Below are positions 21,575 to 31,133 of a stretch of 51,440 nt of DNA, in pieces. Each line of letters opens with the position of its first letter. Within the stretch, counting starts at the first letter, position 1. Below the pieces are notes generated by a model. That model was not told the DNA's origin. It did not search any database and was given only the letters and a program-made list of their open reading frames with translations. Made by a program: the position numbers and the translations under genes. Location of the stretch: the sequence record DRR723986_5581. One strand, given 5' to 3'.

Positions 21575-23788
21575 GTGACGGACAAACCGCAATCAGATGA
21601 TGTCAAAACCGGCAATCCGCCGGCGCAGAAGCCGCCGAAAAAGCGCAATCGTATTCGCCGCTTTTTCCTGGCGATCGATGCCCTTATCGACACGGCCCTG
21701 TGGAAGAGCGGAACAGCTATCCGCCGGATATTCGAAGGCTATGACGCCTTCTTGCGGCGGTTCCGGGCCAAGGGAATTTGGCGCGTTCTTGCCGAACTTT
21801 CGTCTGACGGTCTGACTTACGGTCTTGCCGGGTTCATCGTGGTACTGGCCTTCGCCCAGCCTGCCTTCGAGGCAACGCGCTATGCCGACTGGAAGACCAC
21901 GGACGATTTCGCGGTGACCTTCCTGGATCGCTTCGGCAAGGAAATCGGCCGGCGCGGCATCGTTCTCAACGACAGCGTACCGCTTGAGGAAATTCCAGAC
22001 TCCCTGATAAAGGCAACGCTCGCCACCGAAGATCGCCGTTTCTTCAGCCACTTCGGGATTGATTTTTTCGGCACCTTCCGGGCCATGGTCGAGAACGCAC
22101 GCGCAGGCGGTGTTGTCCAGGGCGGTTCGACGCTCACCCAGCAGCTGGCCAAAAACCTCTTCCTGACCAACGAGCGCAGCCTCAGCCGCAAGATCAAGGA
22201 AGCCTATCTGGCGCTGTGGCTGGAAGCGAACCTTTCCAAGCAGGAAATCCTGAAGCTCTATCTCGACCGCGCCTACATGGGCGGAGGCGTCTTTGGTGTG
22301 ACGGCAGCTTCCGAATTCTATTTCAACAAGAATGTGCGTGAGCTGACGCTTGCTGAAAGCGCCATGCTGGCAGGTCTCTACAAGGCACCGACCAAATACG
22401 CCCCACACATCAACCTGCCTGCAGCCCGCGCGCGTGCCAACGAAGTCCTGTCCAACATGGTACAGGCTAGTTTCCTGACCGAAGGCCAGGTGATCGGCGC
22501 GCGCCGTAATCCGGCCCTGGCTGTCGACAGGTCTCAGGAACAGTTGCCGGAATACTTCCTCGACTGGGCGCTTGAAGAGGTCAAGAAACTTGCACGCCGG
22601 TATCCGGCACTCGCCCGCGACCGCATCGTGACCGTACGCACCACACTGGACCCGGCACTGCAGCGCCAGGCGGATCTGGCCGTGGAAACCGTGCTTCGGG
22701 AAAACGGAAATTTGCGCGACGCTCGCGAAGCGGCGATGGTTTCTATGATCCCGGACGGAGCCGTCGTTGCCATGGTCGGTGGCAGTTCCTATGGCGAAAG
22801 CCAGTTCAATCGCGCCGTCAACGCGCTGCGCCAGCCAGGATCCTCGTTCAAGCCTTTCGTCTACATGACGGCTTTCATGAACGGTTATACCTCGGACAGC
22901 GTGGTCTCCGACCGGCCGGTCTGGATCGGTAACTGGTCGCCCAAGAACTATTCCAGAAGCTACCGGGGCGCCGTCACGCTGAAAACCGCGCTCACCAAGT
23001 CCATCAACACCATTCCGGTGATCCTTTCCCTGGATTTCGGCCGGCAAAAAATCATCGATACGGCGTATCGCATGGGCCTGACCCACGAACTGGAAAACTC
23101 CGTGTCGCTGCCTATCGGCTCATCTGAAGTCTCCGTCATCGACATGGCGTCGGCCTATTCCGTTTTCGCCAATGGCGGAACCAAGGCAGCGGCCTATGCG
23201 GTTCTGGAGATCAAGAACAGCGCCGGCAAGGTTCTCTACCGGCGTGAACGCGACGAGCCGCCTGCAGTTCGTGTCCTGCCGGAGGAGAAAGTGCAGGAAA
23301 TGAACGAGATCCTGGTCAATGTGGTTGAGGCCGGCACGGCCCGCCGGGCGCAGATCGACGGCGTGGTCGCAGCCGGAAAGACCGGAACCACCAACGCTTA
23401 CCGTGATGCCTGGTTTGTCGGCTACACTGGCAACTTTGCCACGGCCGTCTGGTTCGGCAACGACGATTTTACCTCTACGCGGCGTGTCACCGGCGGCAGC
23501 CTTCCTGCCATGGCCTGGCAGAAATACAACGCCTTTGCCCACAATGGCATCGAGCTTGCCCGGATGCCCGGTGTCGATCCGGAAAGCTTGCCCCGTCTGG
23601 CCCGAACCGCACCGGCAAGGCTGGCTACAGACACCAGCGACACTGCCCAGCCACGGGTCCTGAAACGGCGCACCCAGGATCTCCTCTTGCAGATCGGTCA
23701 GGATCTGCGCCTGCTGCTTGAACAAAAGAGCGCCGATGCCGCCCCTGCTCAAGGGTCTGCCAACACCGATGTCGCGGCGGTGCAATGA
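21575..23788 (+). CDS. Class A penicillin-binding protein (PBP1A-type transglycosylase/transpeptidase)
   Basis: GT51 motifs EDRRF..H.GID, GGSTLTQQLAKNL and RKIKEA; transpeptidase motifs SSFK, SIN and KTG. Confidence 0.95.
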   Translation: MTDKPQSDDVKTGNPPAQKPPKKRNRIRRFFLAIDALIDTALWKSGTAIRRIFEGYDAFLRRFRAKGIWRVLAELSSDGLTYGLAGFIVVLAFAQPAFEATRYADWKTTDDFAVTFLDRFGKEIGRRGIVLNDSVPLEEIPDSLIKATLATEDRRFFSHFGIDFFGTFRAMVENARAGGVVQGGSTLTQQLAKNLFLTNERSLSRKIKEAYLALWLEANLSKQEILKLYLDRAYMGGGVFGVTAASEFYFNKNVRELTLAESAMLAGLYKAPTKYAPHINLPAARARANEVLSNMVQASFLTEGQVIGARRNPALAVDRSQEQLPEYFLDWALEEVKKLARRYPALARDRIVTVRTTLDPALQRQADLAVETVLRENGNLRDAREAAMVSMIPDGAVVAMVGGSSYGESQFNRAVNALRQPGSSFKPFVYMTAFMNGYTSDSVVSDRPVWIGNWSPKNYSRSYRGAVTLKTALTKSINTIPVILSLDFGRQKIIDTAYRMGLTHELENSVSLPIGSSEVSVIDMASAYSVFANGGTKAAAYAVLEIKNSAGKVLYRRERDEPPAVRVLPEEKVQEMNEILVNVVEAGTARRAQIDGVVAAGKTGTTNAYRDAWFVGYTGNFATAVWFGNDDFTSTRRVTGGSLPAMAWQKYNAFAHNGIELARMPGVDPESLPRLARTAPARLATDTSDTAQPRVLKRRTQDLLLQIGQDLRLLLEQKSADAAPAQGSANTDVAAVQ

Positions 23789-24465
23789 GCGATACAGGAT
23801 TCCGGCCCGCACATGGCGAGGCAGACTGGTATGACGAAAGGCTTCCCCGTGCCATCCGCTCGCATCGGGGCAATCCTTTTCGCACGCTCGCCACGGTGAC
23901 GCTTGTCGTCGTTCTGGCCTCATTGCTCGGCATAAGCTCCGCCTATCTGATCATCGAGCGGGAACAACCGCTCAATGCGGTCACCATCGGCCCGTGGCAC
24001 GCCTATCCGAAAGCCGGCACCTCCGAAGCCGATCCCTATTCCGTGGCGATCTACACAAGAGGCGCCGTCATTCCCCTGGCATCGGGCGAAGGGCTTGCTC
24101 TGGTCGCGCGCGAAGACAGCAACGGCCACCAGCTTGATCCGACATGTGAGTACCGTATCGCAGGCCAGACCCCGTCTGCACGGCTCTGGACCATGACCGC
24201 GGTCGATGGCCACGGCCATCTGGTCAAGACGACGTCCGGCCGGGTGAACCTTGCAAGTGACGCCTTGCTGCGAAACGCGGACGGCACTTTCGAGATCGTC
24301 GCCGCCACCCGCCCCCACTCCGGCAACTGGCTGCCCCTGGCGAGCGATGCAAGGGCCGCGGACGGTCTGCGCTTCGTGCTCAGGGTCTATGACGCTCCGG
24401 TCACCACCGGTGCAGCCCTAGATGGCGTCAGCATGCCCACCATCGACAGGTTGGGCTGCCCATGA
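23785..24465 (+). CDS. DUF1214-domain membrane-anchored protein
   Basis: GPW.A.P..GT.EADPY, LPL..GEG-like segment, P.ARLWT, GNWLP, LRVYD. ATGA overlap with the PBP gene. Confidence 0.82.
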   Translation: MSDTGFRPAHGEADWYDERLPRAIRSHRGNPFRTLATVTLVVVLASLLGISSAYLIIEREQPLNAVTIGPWHAYPKAGTSEADPYSVAIYTRGAVIPLASGEGLALVAREDSNGHQLDPTCEYRIAGQTPSARLWTMTAVDGHGHLVKTTSGRVNLASDALLRNADGTFEIVAATRPHSGNWLPLASDARAADGLRFVLRVYDAPVTTGAALDGVSMPTIDRLGCP

Positions 24466-25025
24466 CCCTTTCTTCACGTTTTTCCCTGTCGGTTGGCCTG
24501 CTGGCTACGCTGTGTCTTGCTGCCATCATTCACATCCTGGTGGTGCTGAGCATCCCCCAGAACGTTCTGCACAGTGCCTATGACAACATCGGCAACCACG
24601 GGCCGGACCGGCAATTCAATCTGCTGCCGGATGTCCACCCCGGCGAGGAGGCCCTGCCCGATCTTGATCCGGCCATGAAGCACGCTGCCTGCCGGTTTCA
24701 GCTCGCCGACGGGCCGGTTCTCTTCGATGCCAGCGTTCCGGTGCCCTTCTGGTCCATAGGACTGTTCAACGCGGCTGGAGAGGCCGTCTACAGTCTCAAC
24801 AACCGCACCGCGGGTGCCGAGCGCCTGTCAATGCTGGTGCTGACCACGGAACAGCTGTCGATCCTGCGGGAGAACCCGCCGGAAAACCTGGAAGACCTCA
24901 TCGTCATTGAAACGGAAGAGCCGCTAAGCGGTTTTGCGTTGTTGCGGGCTTACGTGCCCCACCCGACCCGGGCGGACAGCATCGACCGCGCTCTCAGGGC
25001 CGCAAGCTGCGGCTCCATTCGCTAA
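24462..25025 (+). CDS. DUF1254-like protein
   Basis: AAIIHI.VVL.IP, DP....AACRF.L.DGP, FWS.GLF..GE..YSLN.R. ATGA overlap with the upstream gene. Confidence 0.78.
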   Translation: MTLSSRFSLSVGLLATLCLAAIIHILVVLSIPQNVLHSAYDNIGNHGPDRQFNLLPDVHPGEEALPDLDPAMKHAACRFQLADGPVLFDASVPVPFWSIGLFNAAGEAVYSLNNRTAGAERLSMLVLTTEQLSILRENPPENLEDLIVIETEEPLSGFALLRAYVPHPTRADSIDRALRAASCGSIR

Positions 25026-25088
25026 GATACCCGCAATCATGAAAAACGGTCAGGCCGGGACGCTGTCACGCCCCGACGCCGTAACTGG

Positions 25089-26771
25089 TCACGATAACGG
25101 AGAAACCGCGTTCCGCAGGTGAGAAATGTCGTTGTCAGGCATACTGGTTGCAAGCGTTTGTTGCTGACCGTAGCTGGATCCGTTGCCGACCGGTGCTGCC
25201 TCATTGAGCGGTGACAGCGGACCGAGCGCCTCGAACAGGTCTCCCAGAAGATCCTTGTGACGCTTCCACCGACCGATCGATGATCTGAACATCGGCTTCC
25301 GCACCTGGAGATTGGAGAACGTCGTCACGGGACTGTCGCCGTTATAGAACTCCAGGCATTGCTCTTCCCAGTCCATGCCTGTGCACGCCAGCAGCGCCTT
25401 GCTTTCCTTTTCCTGGTTATGAACCAGGTCTTCGTAGGAAAGCGTGTGGATGCGAACCGGCAGAACCTTTTCCCAATGTTTCATCAGACCGTCGTAGGCA
25501 ACGAAATAACTGCCCAGTGACTTCTGTGTCATGGCGTAGTTGTGCGCGGGCGAAAGCGAATGCGACAGGAGCGAAACGCATGTGTCCGCAGGACAGCGAA
25601 CGCAATGGATGAAAGCCGCTTTTGGAAACAGAAGGCTCATAAGCCAGAGCACTTCGAAATTATGCGGCATCTTGTCGGTGACACGGTCTGCCCGCCGATC
25701 GATTGCACTCAGTTCTGCAAGGTACTGCCGTGCAAACTGCTTGAACTCACGCGGCCCGAGGCTCTTCAACCGGTTTTCCAGGGCAGCACTTGGCGCCCCC
25801 CGCAACCCCAGGTCCTGCTGCAGCAATCGGAAATACGGAATTTCCGCACCGCTGGCGATGCGCGAGTGCCGGCTCACGATCTGCTCGGCCAGGGTCGTGC
25901 CTGAACGCGGCATGCCGAAAATGAAAACCGGCCGCTCCGAGGGATCCTCAAATTCCGTCCGTTCGGCGAAAAATGCCTCGTTGAAAACTTCCTTCATGAA
26001 GGCGATGCGCTCTTCATGGGCTTGCTGATCGAACGACTGGTAGCGCAACCGGCGAGCGGAGCGGTAGTGCTGCGCAGCACGCGCGGTGTCTCCCAGGTCA
26101 TAGTGGATCTTGCCGGCCGCCCAATGCAGGTGAGCGTGCTCCGGCGCAGGCAGTGCGCTTGCCTGTTTCAACAGGTCATCGATCTTGGCAAGTTCCGCCG
26201 GTTCTTCCCTGTAGGTGCGTGCCATCGTCAGGCAGTGAAGGGCCGAGGGCAGTTCCTTGCCCAATGCGATGGCTTTTTCGAACCAGGCGACAGCCTCGTC
26301 GATCTGGCCGACAGTGATATCGAGCTGCCCCATGCCGACAAGGGCATAACCATTTTCCGGATCGATCGCCAATGCGCGCTGAAAGCTCTGTCGTGCCAGC
26401 ACCGGCTGACGCTTGAGCGTGTACAGGTCACCGAGATGAGCGTGGAAATCAGCGGCTTTAGGCGCAAGGGCCACGGCTTTCTTTAGCGATTTTAGCGCGC
26501 CGGCCAGATCGCCAGCGTTCATGAGGGCCAGACCGAGCAACTGATGCACCTGCGGGTGCTTGCCGGCCTTGCGCTCAGCCTTCCGCAGCATCTCGATAGC
26601 AAGCCCCACGTCACCGTTCTGGTAAGCAGCAATGCCCAGCGAAAAATTTGCCTGCGGATTTTTGGGGTCGAGCTTCAGTATCTCCTCAAACATGCTGAGC
26701 GCGATTCCAATGCGTCCGGCATGTTGATGGGAGAGCGCTTCTTTGACGAGAAGCGTGATGTTCGGACTCAT
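25089..26771 (-). CDS. TPR-repeat-containing sulfotransferase
   Basis: N-terminal TPRs, PAPS-binding motif IFGMPRSGTTL, DKMPHNF, YEDLV, and C-terminal QVR.P...SIGRW. Confidence 0.92.
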   Translation of the reverse strand: MSPNITLLVKEALSHQHAGRIGIALSMFEEILKLDPKNPQANFSLGIAAYQNGDVGLAIEMLRKAERKAGKHPQVHQLLGLALMNAGDLAGALKSLKKAVALAPKAADFHAHLGDLYTLKRQPVLARQSFQRALAIDPENGYALVGMGQLDITVGQIDEAVAWFEKAIALGKELPSALHCLTMARTYREEPAELAKIDDLLKQASALPAPEHAHLHWAAGKIHYDLGDTARAAQHYRSARRLRYQSFDQQAHEERIAFMKEVFNEAFFAERTEFEDPSERPVFIFGMPRSGTTLAEQIVSRHSRIASGAEIPYFRLLQQDLGLRGAPSAALENRLKSLGPREFKQFARQYLAELSAIDRRADRVTDKMPHNFEVLWLMSLLFPKAAFIHCVRCPADTCVSLLSHSLSPAHNYAMTQKSLGSYFVAYDGLMKHWEKVLPVRIHTLSYEDLVHNQEKESKALLACTGMDWEEQCLEFYNGDSPVTTFSNLQVRKPMFRSSIGRWKRHKDLLGDLFEALGPLSPLNEAAPVGNGSSYGQQQTLATSMPDNDISHLRNAVSPLS

Positions 26772-27320
26772 TCGACCACCTTCAGGTTCCCGGGAGTGAC
26801 TCCCCTGTAAACTAAACGGTTTAGTTCGACGCCTGAAGAACGGCAAGCCACAAAACCCCTTCAAAGACATCCTTTTGCCGGAAAAACGACCAAAATTAGG
26901 CTAAGAGCTTGTGATCACGTCTCTTTTTTCAGTGTTCACATTTTTTTGCATTGCAATAAACAAAACTTATGCGCGCATGCCCTTAAGGCAAGTCAATTTG
27001 ACAAAAAGTGAAGCAGAACAAGTAAAACGAGATTTTGACTGTTGTGGTTTCGTAAAAAAATAACGCTGAGCGGTATCGTTTAAAAATTTTGAATACGCTT
27101 AGCTTACGAAATAAATTCTCATCGGCTTCTTGTAAAAGAACCCGTCCAGAAGTCTTCTCAAAGATGTTTTTTCAGACCTTGCACGACCGCGCCTCCAGCC
27201 TGTGGAAAAGCAGTACCGCCTTTACAGCCTAAAATGTATCCGCGCATCAGTAGATCTGACGTGGGCAGAATATAGCACTCAATAAAATGTCAGAATTCAG
27301 GCCTGAAATTCGGAAGCAGG

Positions 27321-28184
27321 CTATTTCACGACCGGCGCGCGTTCAGTTCCCCACCCGGTATAGATCCGGGACCTGCGAACAGGCTTGTCGTCCCCATAAC
27401 GCTTGTCCGGATCGCAACCGGCTTCGGCAATGCGAACCTGGCCTTCCAGTTCCCGAATGGCGTTATTGACCTTCCAGACGCGATCGCGGGTCGGCGTTTC
27501 GATCTCCAGTCCGTCGAGCGCCTTCTTGTAGGCGATGATCCGATACCGCAGTGCCTGACCGACCCATTTGATCATCACCCGGTTTTCCCAGACGCGCGCC
27601 TTCGCGCCCTCATAGGTTTCCTCGGACTTCACCGGCTTGTTCTGCAGAACTCGCAGCCGTTCATCGTCAGCGGCCTTCACACGCAAAGCCACTTCGCAGA
27701 AAGGCATCACCAGCTCCGCATCGCCGGATGCGTCAGCGGCAATCTTGTCGTAGCGGGCATCGGAAGACTGGAATTTGTCTGAGCGCAGATAGATCAGATA
27801 GAGATCGGGCGGCACGCGCCCCTCAACTTCCGGAAGAACGCGTGTTCGCGACAGCTCAACCATGGTCCCGCCGATCCAGTCCTTGGTCCATGGCGGACGG
27901 ATCAGCGTCCAGCCGCGGTTGCGCATCAGCTTTTCGTCGTTCGTATAGTTGAACTTGGAAACCGGATCACCGCGCAGGCGCGCTGCTTCGTCGCCCGCCG
28001 CCGGCATCACCCTGTCATGAATGACGGAAGGCCTGGCACGATCAAAATCCCCTGTCGGGCGCGTACAGGCAGCAAGGCTGACGGCAATCAGCACGGCAGC
28101 GACGGCAATGGCGCCCTGCCCTGATCTGCGACCGCTCTCCGCGAGGGATGCGGTGACGGATTGTTCCGCTTTGCCTTTGCCCAT
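27321..28184 (-). CDS. Conserved hypothetical lipoprotein
   Basis: Lipobox LAAC followed by RPTGDFDRARPS; 287-aa ORF with no known catalytic motif. Confidence 0.8.
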   Translation of the reverse strand: MGKGKAEQSVTASLAESGRRSGQGAIAVAAVLIAVSLAACTRPTGDFDRARPSVIHDRVMPAAGDEAARLRGDPVSKFNYTNDEKLMRNRGWTLIRPPWTKDWIGGTMVELSRTRVLPEVEGRVPPDLYLIYLRSDKFQSSDARYDKIAADASGDAELVMPFCEVALRVKAADDERLRVLQNKPVKSEETYEGAKARVWENRVMIKWVGQALRYRIIAYKKALDGLEIETPTRDRVWKVNNAIRELEGQVRIAEAGCDPDKRYGDDKPVRRSRIYTGWGTERAPVVK

Positions 28185-28246
28185 CGGGCGCTTCTCCAGG
28201 CCGCTAAAAGGAAACTTCTCCTGCGCGGCTGGAGAGGCTTGGACCG

Positions 28247-28456
28247 TCAGTCCTTGTCGGAGCCAGCAGGTCCGGCCGCTTTTCCGATGGTCGCGATTCG
28301 TGCGGCAAGATCAAGGTCATGGCGCTCGTACCGGACACCTGGGAAGAGGATAACTTCTCCAAAGGTCTCTCGGCTTGCCATTCGGCGCTGATTGGAACGA
28401 TAGCCCACACGTGCTGCGGGGCGTTGAGCTGATGTAAAGTCCAACAAGGTGCCCAT
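28247..28456 (-). CDS. Small hypothetical protein (69 aa)
   Basis: Very strong RBS GAAGGAGGAG before ATG 28456. Contains GEVILFPGVRYER, resembling a small-protein motif I associate with Rhizobiales. Confidence 0.72.
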   Translation of the reverse strand: MGTLLDFTSAQRPAARVGYRSNQRRMASRETFGEVILFPGVRYERHDLDLAARIATIGKAAGPAGSDKD

Positions 28457-28561
28457 CGTCTCCTCCTTCGGTTCCGATCTCCCCTGACGGCGTATTACCG
28501 GCGGGGAACGGTCAAACGGGCGACGCATTACTTCCTGCTCTTCATTAAGAAGCTGTCAGGG

Positions 28562-28577
28562 TTAACAGCATGCTAAC
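28562..28577. promoter_or_regulatory. CtrA-box-like site in the divergent small-protein/DUF2336 promoter region
   Basis: TTAA-CAGCATG-CTAAC; one mismatch to TTAA-N7-TTAAC. Confidence 0.55.
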
Positions 28578-28648
28578 GCTTTTCCTGCAATTTGAACGAA
28601 GCAAGTTCCTCCGGTGGTCCGGTCTTTCGTATTTTGTAGACGGGTGTC

Positions 28649-29806
28649 ATGCGCCAAACCCAACATTTCAGTCAGTCTTTGCCGAATTCCGCTTCTCCGG
28701 ACAAATCCGCGTCCACAAAGGGCGATGATCGTGGTGTCCTTCTGGCCGCAAGTGAGCTGTTTGCCGGACGTACTCGGCATGATGTTGAAGAAAAACGCAT
28801 TTTTCTGGAGTTGGCGTCAAACTTCCTGCCTAAAACCTCACTGCCGGACAGGCGCCGGATCGCAAATCTGCTGGCTGCGCATCCGGAAATTCCCGACGAC
28901 CTCCTGACGCAGCTCGCATCCGACGAAGACGAACTGACGGCCTATCCGGCCCTTCGTTACAGTCCGAGGCTTTCTGTGGATCTCCTTTTGACGGTTGCGG
29001 AGGCCGGTCCGGATTCCCTCCGCAAAGCGGTCGCCAACCGGCCATCCTTGCGCGAATCGGTGATCACGACATTGTGCGAACACGCCGGAGCCCCTGTAAT
29101 CCGTATCCTTCTCGACCGGGAAGACGTCACCCTGACACAAGCTCATCAGGCAAAACTCAGTTGTCGTAGTGACATCGTTGCCACTCTTGGTTTAGAATTG
29201 GCAGGTCAGGACGCATTAAACCCGGATGGACTTATGGGACAATTCCTGCATTTACCAGCTCCGCTCAAATCGAAAGCGATCGCCGCGGCGGAGATGACCA
29301 GCCTGGTCAAACAGGCACAAACCCCTGGTTCCGCAACCGACAGACGCACGGACACCGCGCGCCTCAAATTGCGGGACGCACTGGTGAGCGAAGCCCTTTT
29401 CCAGCAGCGGTCCCGTTTTGCGGATCTCCTGGGCCAGGGGCTCGGACTGCCACAGACCACTTGCGATCTGCTGATGCATGACGATCAGGCCGAAGGTCTG
29501 ACCGTTGCATTGAAAGCGCTTGGTATGTCGGCGTCCGAAGTCACGACCGTGATGATCCGCATGCTGGGTGAAAACCTGTCACTGGAAAGACTGCGCGGCC
29601 TGCTGCGCCTCCATCGCACGCTCAGCCAGGGCGCTGCCGAGGTGCTGGTCGGACAGTGGATCCTGCATGACCAGGTCGCTCAGCCCGTATCTGCACAGCT
29701 TGACTCGCAATATCAGGAAGGTTCGCGCCGCGATGCGGCGACAACGGACGGACAGCAGTTTGGTTTCGTTCAATCCGAAACCACTCGCAAGTCGAACCGT
29801 TCCTGA
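28649..29806 (+). CDS. DUF2336-domain protein
   Basis: LL.A.ELF, RRRIA.LLA.HP..P..L...LA.D, PAL.YSP.L, AVANRP: the helical-repeat pattern of DUF2336. Position in the divJ locus supports this. Confidence 0.78.
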   Translation: MRQTQHFSQSLPNSASPDKSASTKGDDRGVLLAASELFAGRTRHDVEEKRIFLELASNFLPKTSLPDRRRIANLLAAHPEIPDDLLTQLASDEDELTAYPALRYSPRLSVDLLLTVAEAGPDSLRKAVANRPSLRESVITTLCEHAGAPVIRILLDREDVTLTQAHQAKLSCRSDIVATLGLELAGQDALNPDGLMGQFLHLPAPLKSKAIAAAEMTSLVKQAQTPGSATDRRTDTARLKLRDALVSEALFQQRSRFADLLGQGLGLPQTTCDLLMHDDQAEGLTVALKALGMSASEVTTVMIRMLGENLSLERLRGLLRLHRTLSQGAAEVLVGQWILHDQVAQPVSAQLDSQYQEGSRRDAATTDGQQFGFVQSETTRKSNRS

Positions 29807-29864
29807 GAATACCCGCGAAAGCACTGTGTTGCGGGAGGGCTGAACGCCCATATTTAAATCTGCA

Positions 29865-30236
29865 CTAAAAGCGGAAGAGATTTGTGTCGGGCTTCGGCTC
29901 ATCCTGCACCAATGGCAGGTCAATCCTGCCGTCGCGTGCTTCGATGTCCACCAGCCAATAGTCCGGATCCATTCGCGCTTCGCTCGCCAGCCGCGCGTCT
30001 ATCGTTTCCCTGTCCGCCCGTTCGAAGACACTTTCGAACAAGCGCCCCTGTGGCAGACTGCTGAACATGGCTTGCGGCGCCGGGCCATAGAAGTCGAAGC
30101 TACCGTCAAGACGGTCCACACAGATAAAGACCGCACCGGCTTCTGGAGCCCCTTTCCTGGAAACAGCTGCAAAGCCGCCCTCGCCGAATACGCGTCGGAC
30201 CAGTGCACTGACGAAAAACTCAGATGTAACCCGCAT
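29865..30236 (-). CDS. DUF1491 family protein
   Basis: MRVTSEFFVSALVRR...G.FAAV..KGA.EAGA.F..VDRLDG...Y.PAPQ, DPD.W.V.IE. Confidence 0.9.
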   Translation of the reverse strand: MRVTSEFFVSALVRRVFGEGGFAAVSRKGAPEAGAVFICVDRLDGSFDFYGPAPQAMFSSLPQGRLFESVFERADRETIDARLASEARMDPDYWLVDIEARDGRIDLPLVQDEPKPDTNLFRF

Positions 30237-30336
30237 GCTGACCGCCTCTGCCGAACCCGCCGGCACTCCCGAAGATGGAGAAGGAGGCCCTGCTCTACGA
30301 CAGTTGCGCTCACGCGGCAACTCGCCGTCCGGCAAT

Positions 30337-31128
30337 CTAGCCGGACAGCGACCGGCCACTGACCATTTCCAGGCGCTCGATGACCTTGGTGCCGGGTTCA
30401 CCCGTCAACGGCAGGCCCCTGTCAAATTCGAACCGCCGGATGGCAGCGGTGGTATTGGCTCCCATCACGCCGTCCGCCTTCAGCGGACCGTAGCCGAGTT
30501 CGGACAACGCCTGTTGGATCTTCATCAACTTCGGATCGGAATCTACACCGGCATCGGCACTGTCGTCGGCACCGGCATCAAGAACTTCAGCGCCGTCTTG
30601 TCTAGTCGTACCCGAGAACCCGGGCTTCGGACGAGGCACGGGACCATTCACGGACGTTACGGGGCTTTCTCCCTGCATCAGCACCAGAGCAAGCAGCGCT
30701 TCCGTTGCCTCTCCGGTCTCGATCTGTCCGGCGTGACGTTCAAAACCACGGATGGCACGCTCGGTCGCCGGGCCGTTCAGTCCGTCCAGAGGGCCTTCGT
30801 ACAGGCCGATCTTGCGCAGGGAAATCTGCAGGTCGAGCACAAGGGTGGAGATCTCCTGTACCTGAAGCCCGGGACTTCTGCCATCCGGTTCCGGCAGTTG
30901 CATGGTATCCGGTCGATCTCGTGTCGTGAACAGCGGCGCCGGATGCCGGCCAGGCTGCAGGCCGACCGCATTGGCCACGATCAGGCATGCCGTCAGCCCC
31001 ATCACCACAGTACCACCCGCTGCGACAGGATTGTCGAGCGCCATATGACCGGCCTTCGCCATCAGGGATTCCGACGACTTTGCTTGCTGCGCCTTGGTCT
31101 GCTTTGTCGTTTTCTTTGCTCTTGCCAT
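30337..31128 (-). CDS. Membrane-anchored protein with two peptidoglycan-binding (PG_binding_1) domains
   Basis: TM helix then NA...QPG.HPAP.F; domain 1 LQ..L...GLY.GP.DG..GPAT..AI..FE; domain 2 IQ.AL..LGYG....DGV.G..T..AI.RFE..RGLP.TG. Confidence 0.88.
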   Translation of the reverse strand: MARAKKTTKQTKAQQAKSSESLMAKAGHMALDNPVAAGGTVVMGLTACLIVANAVGLQPGRHPAPLFTTRDRPDTMQLPEPDGRSPGLQVQEISTLVLDLQISLRKIGLYEGPLDGLNGPATERAIRGFERHAGQIETGEATEALLALVLMQGESPVTSVNGPVPRPKPGFSGTTRQDGAEVLDAGADDSADAGVDSDPKLMKIQQALSELGYGPLKADGVMGANTTAAIRRFEFDRGLPLTGEPGTKVIERLEMVSGRSLSG

Positions 31129-31133
31129 TGCGC

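Noticed and set aside
21593-23086. 497-aa ORF antisense to PBP1A, and similar ORFs opposite the mnhA, MFS and ABC genes
   Set aside because: Antisense shadows with no recognisable domains.
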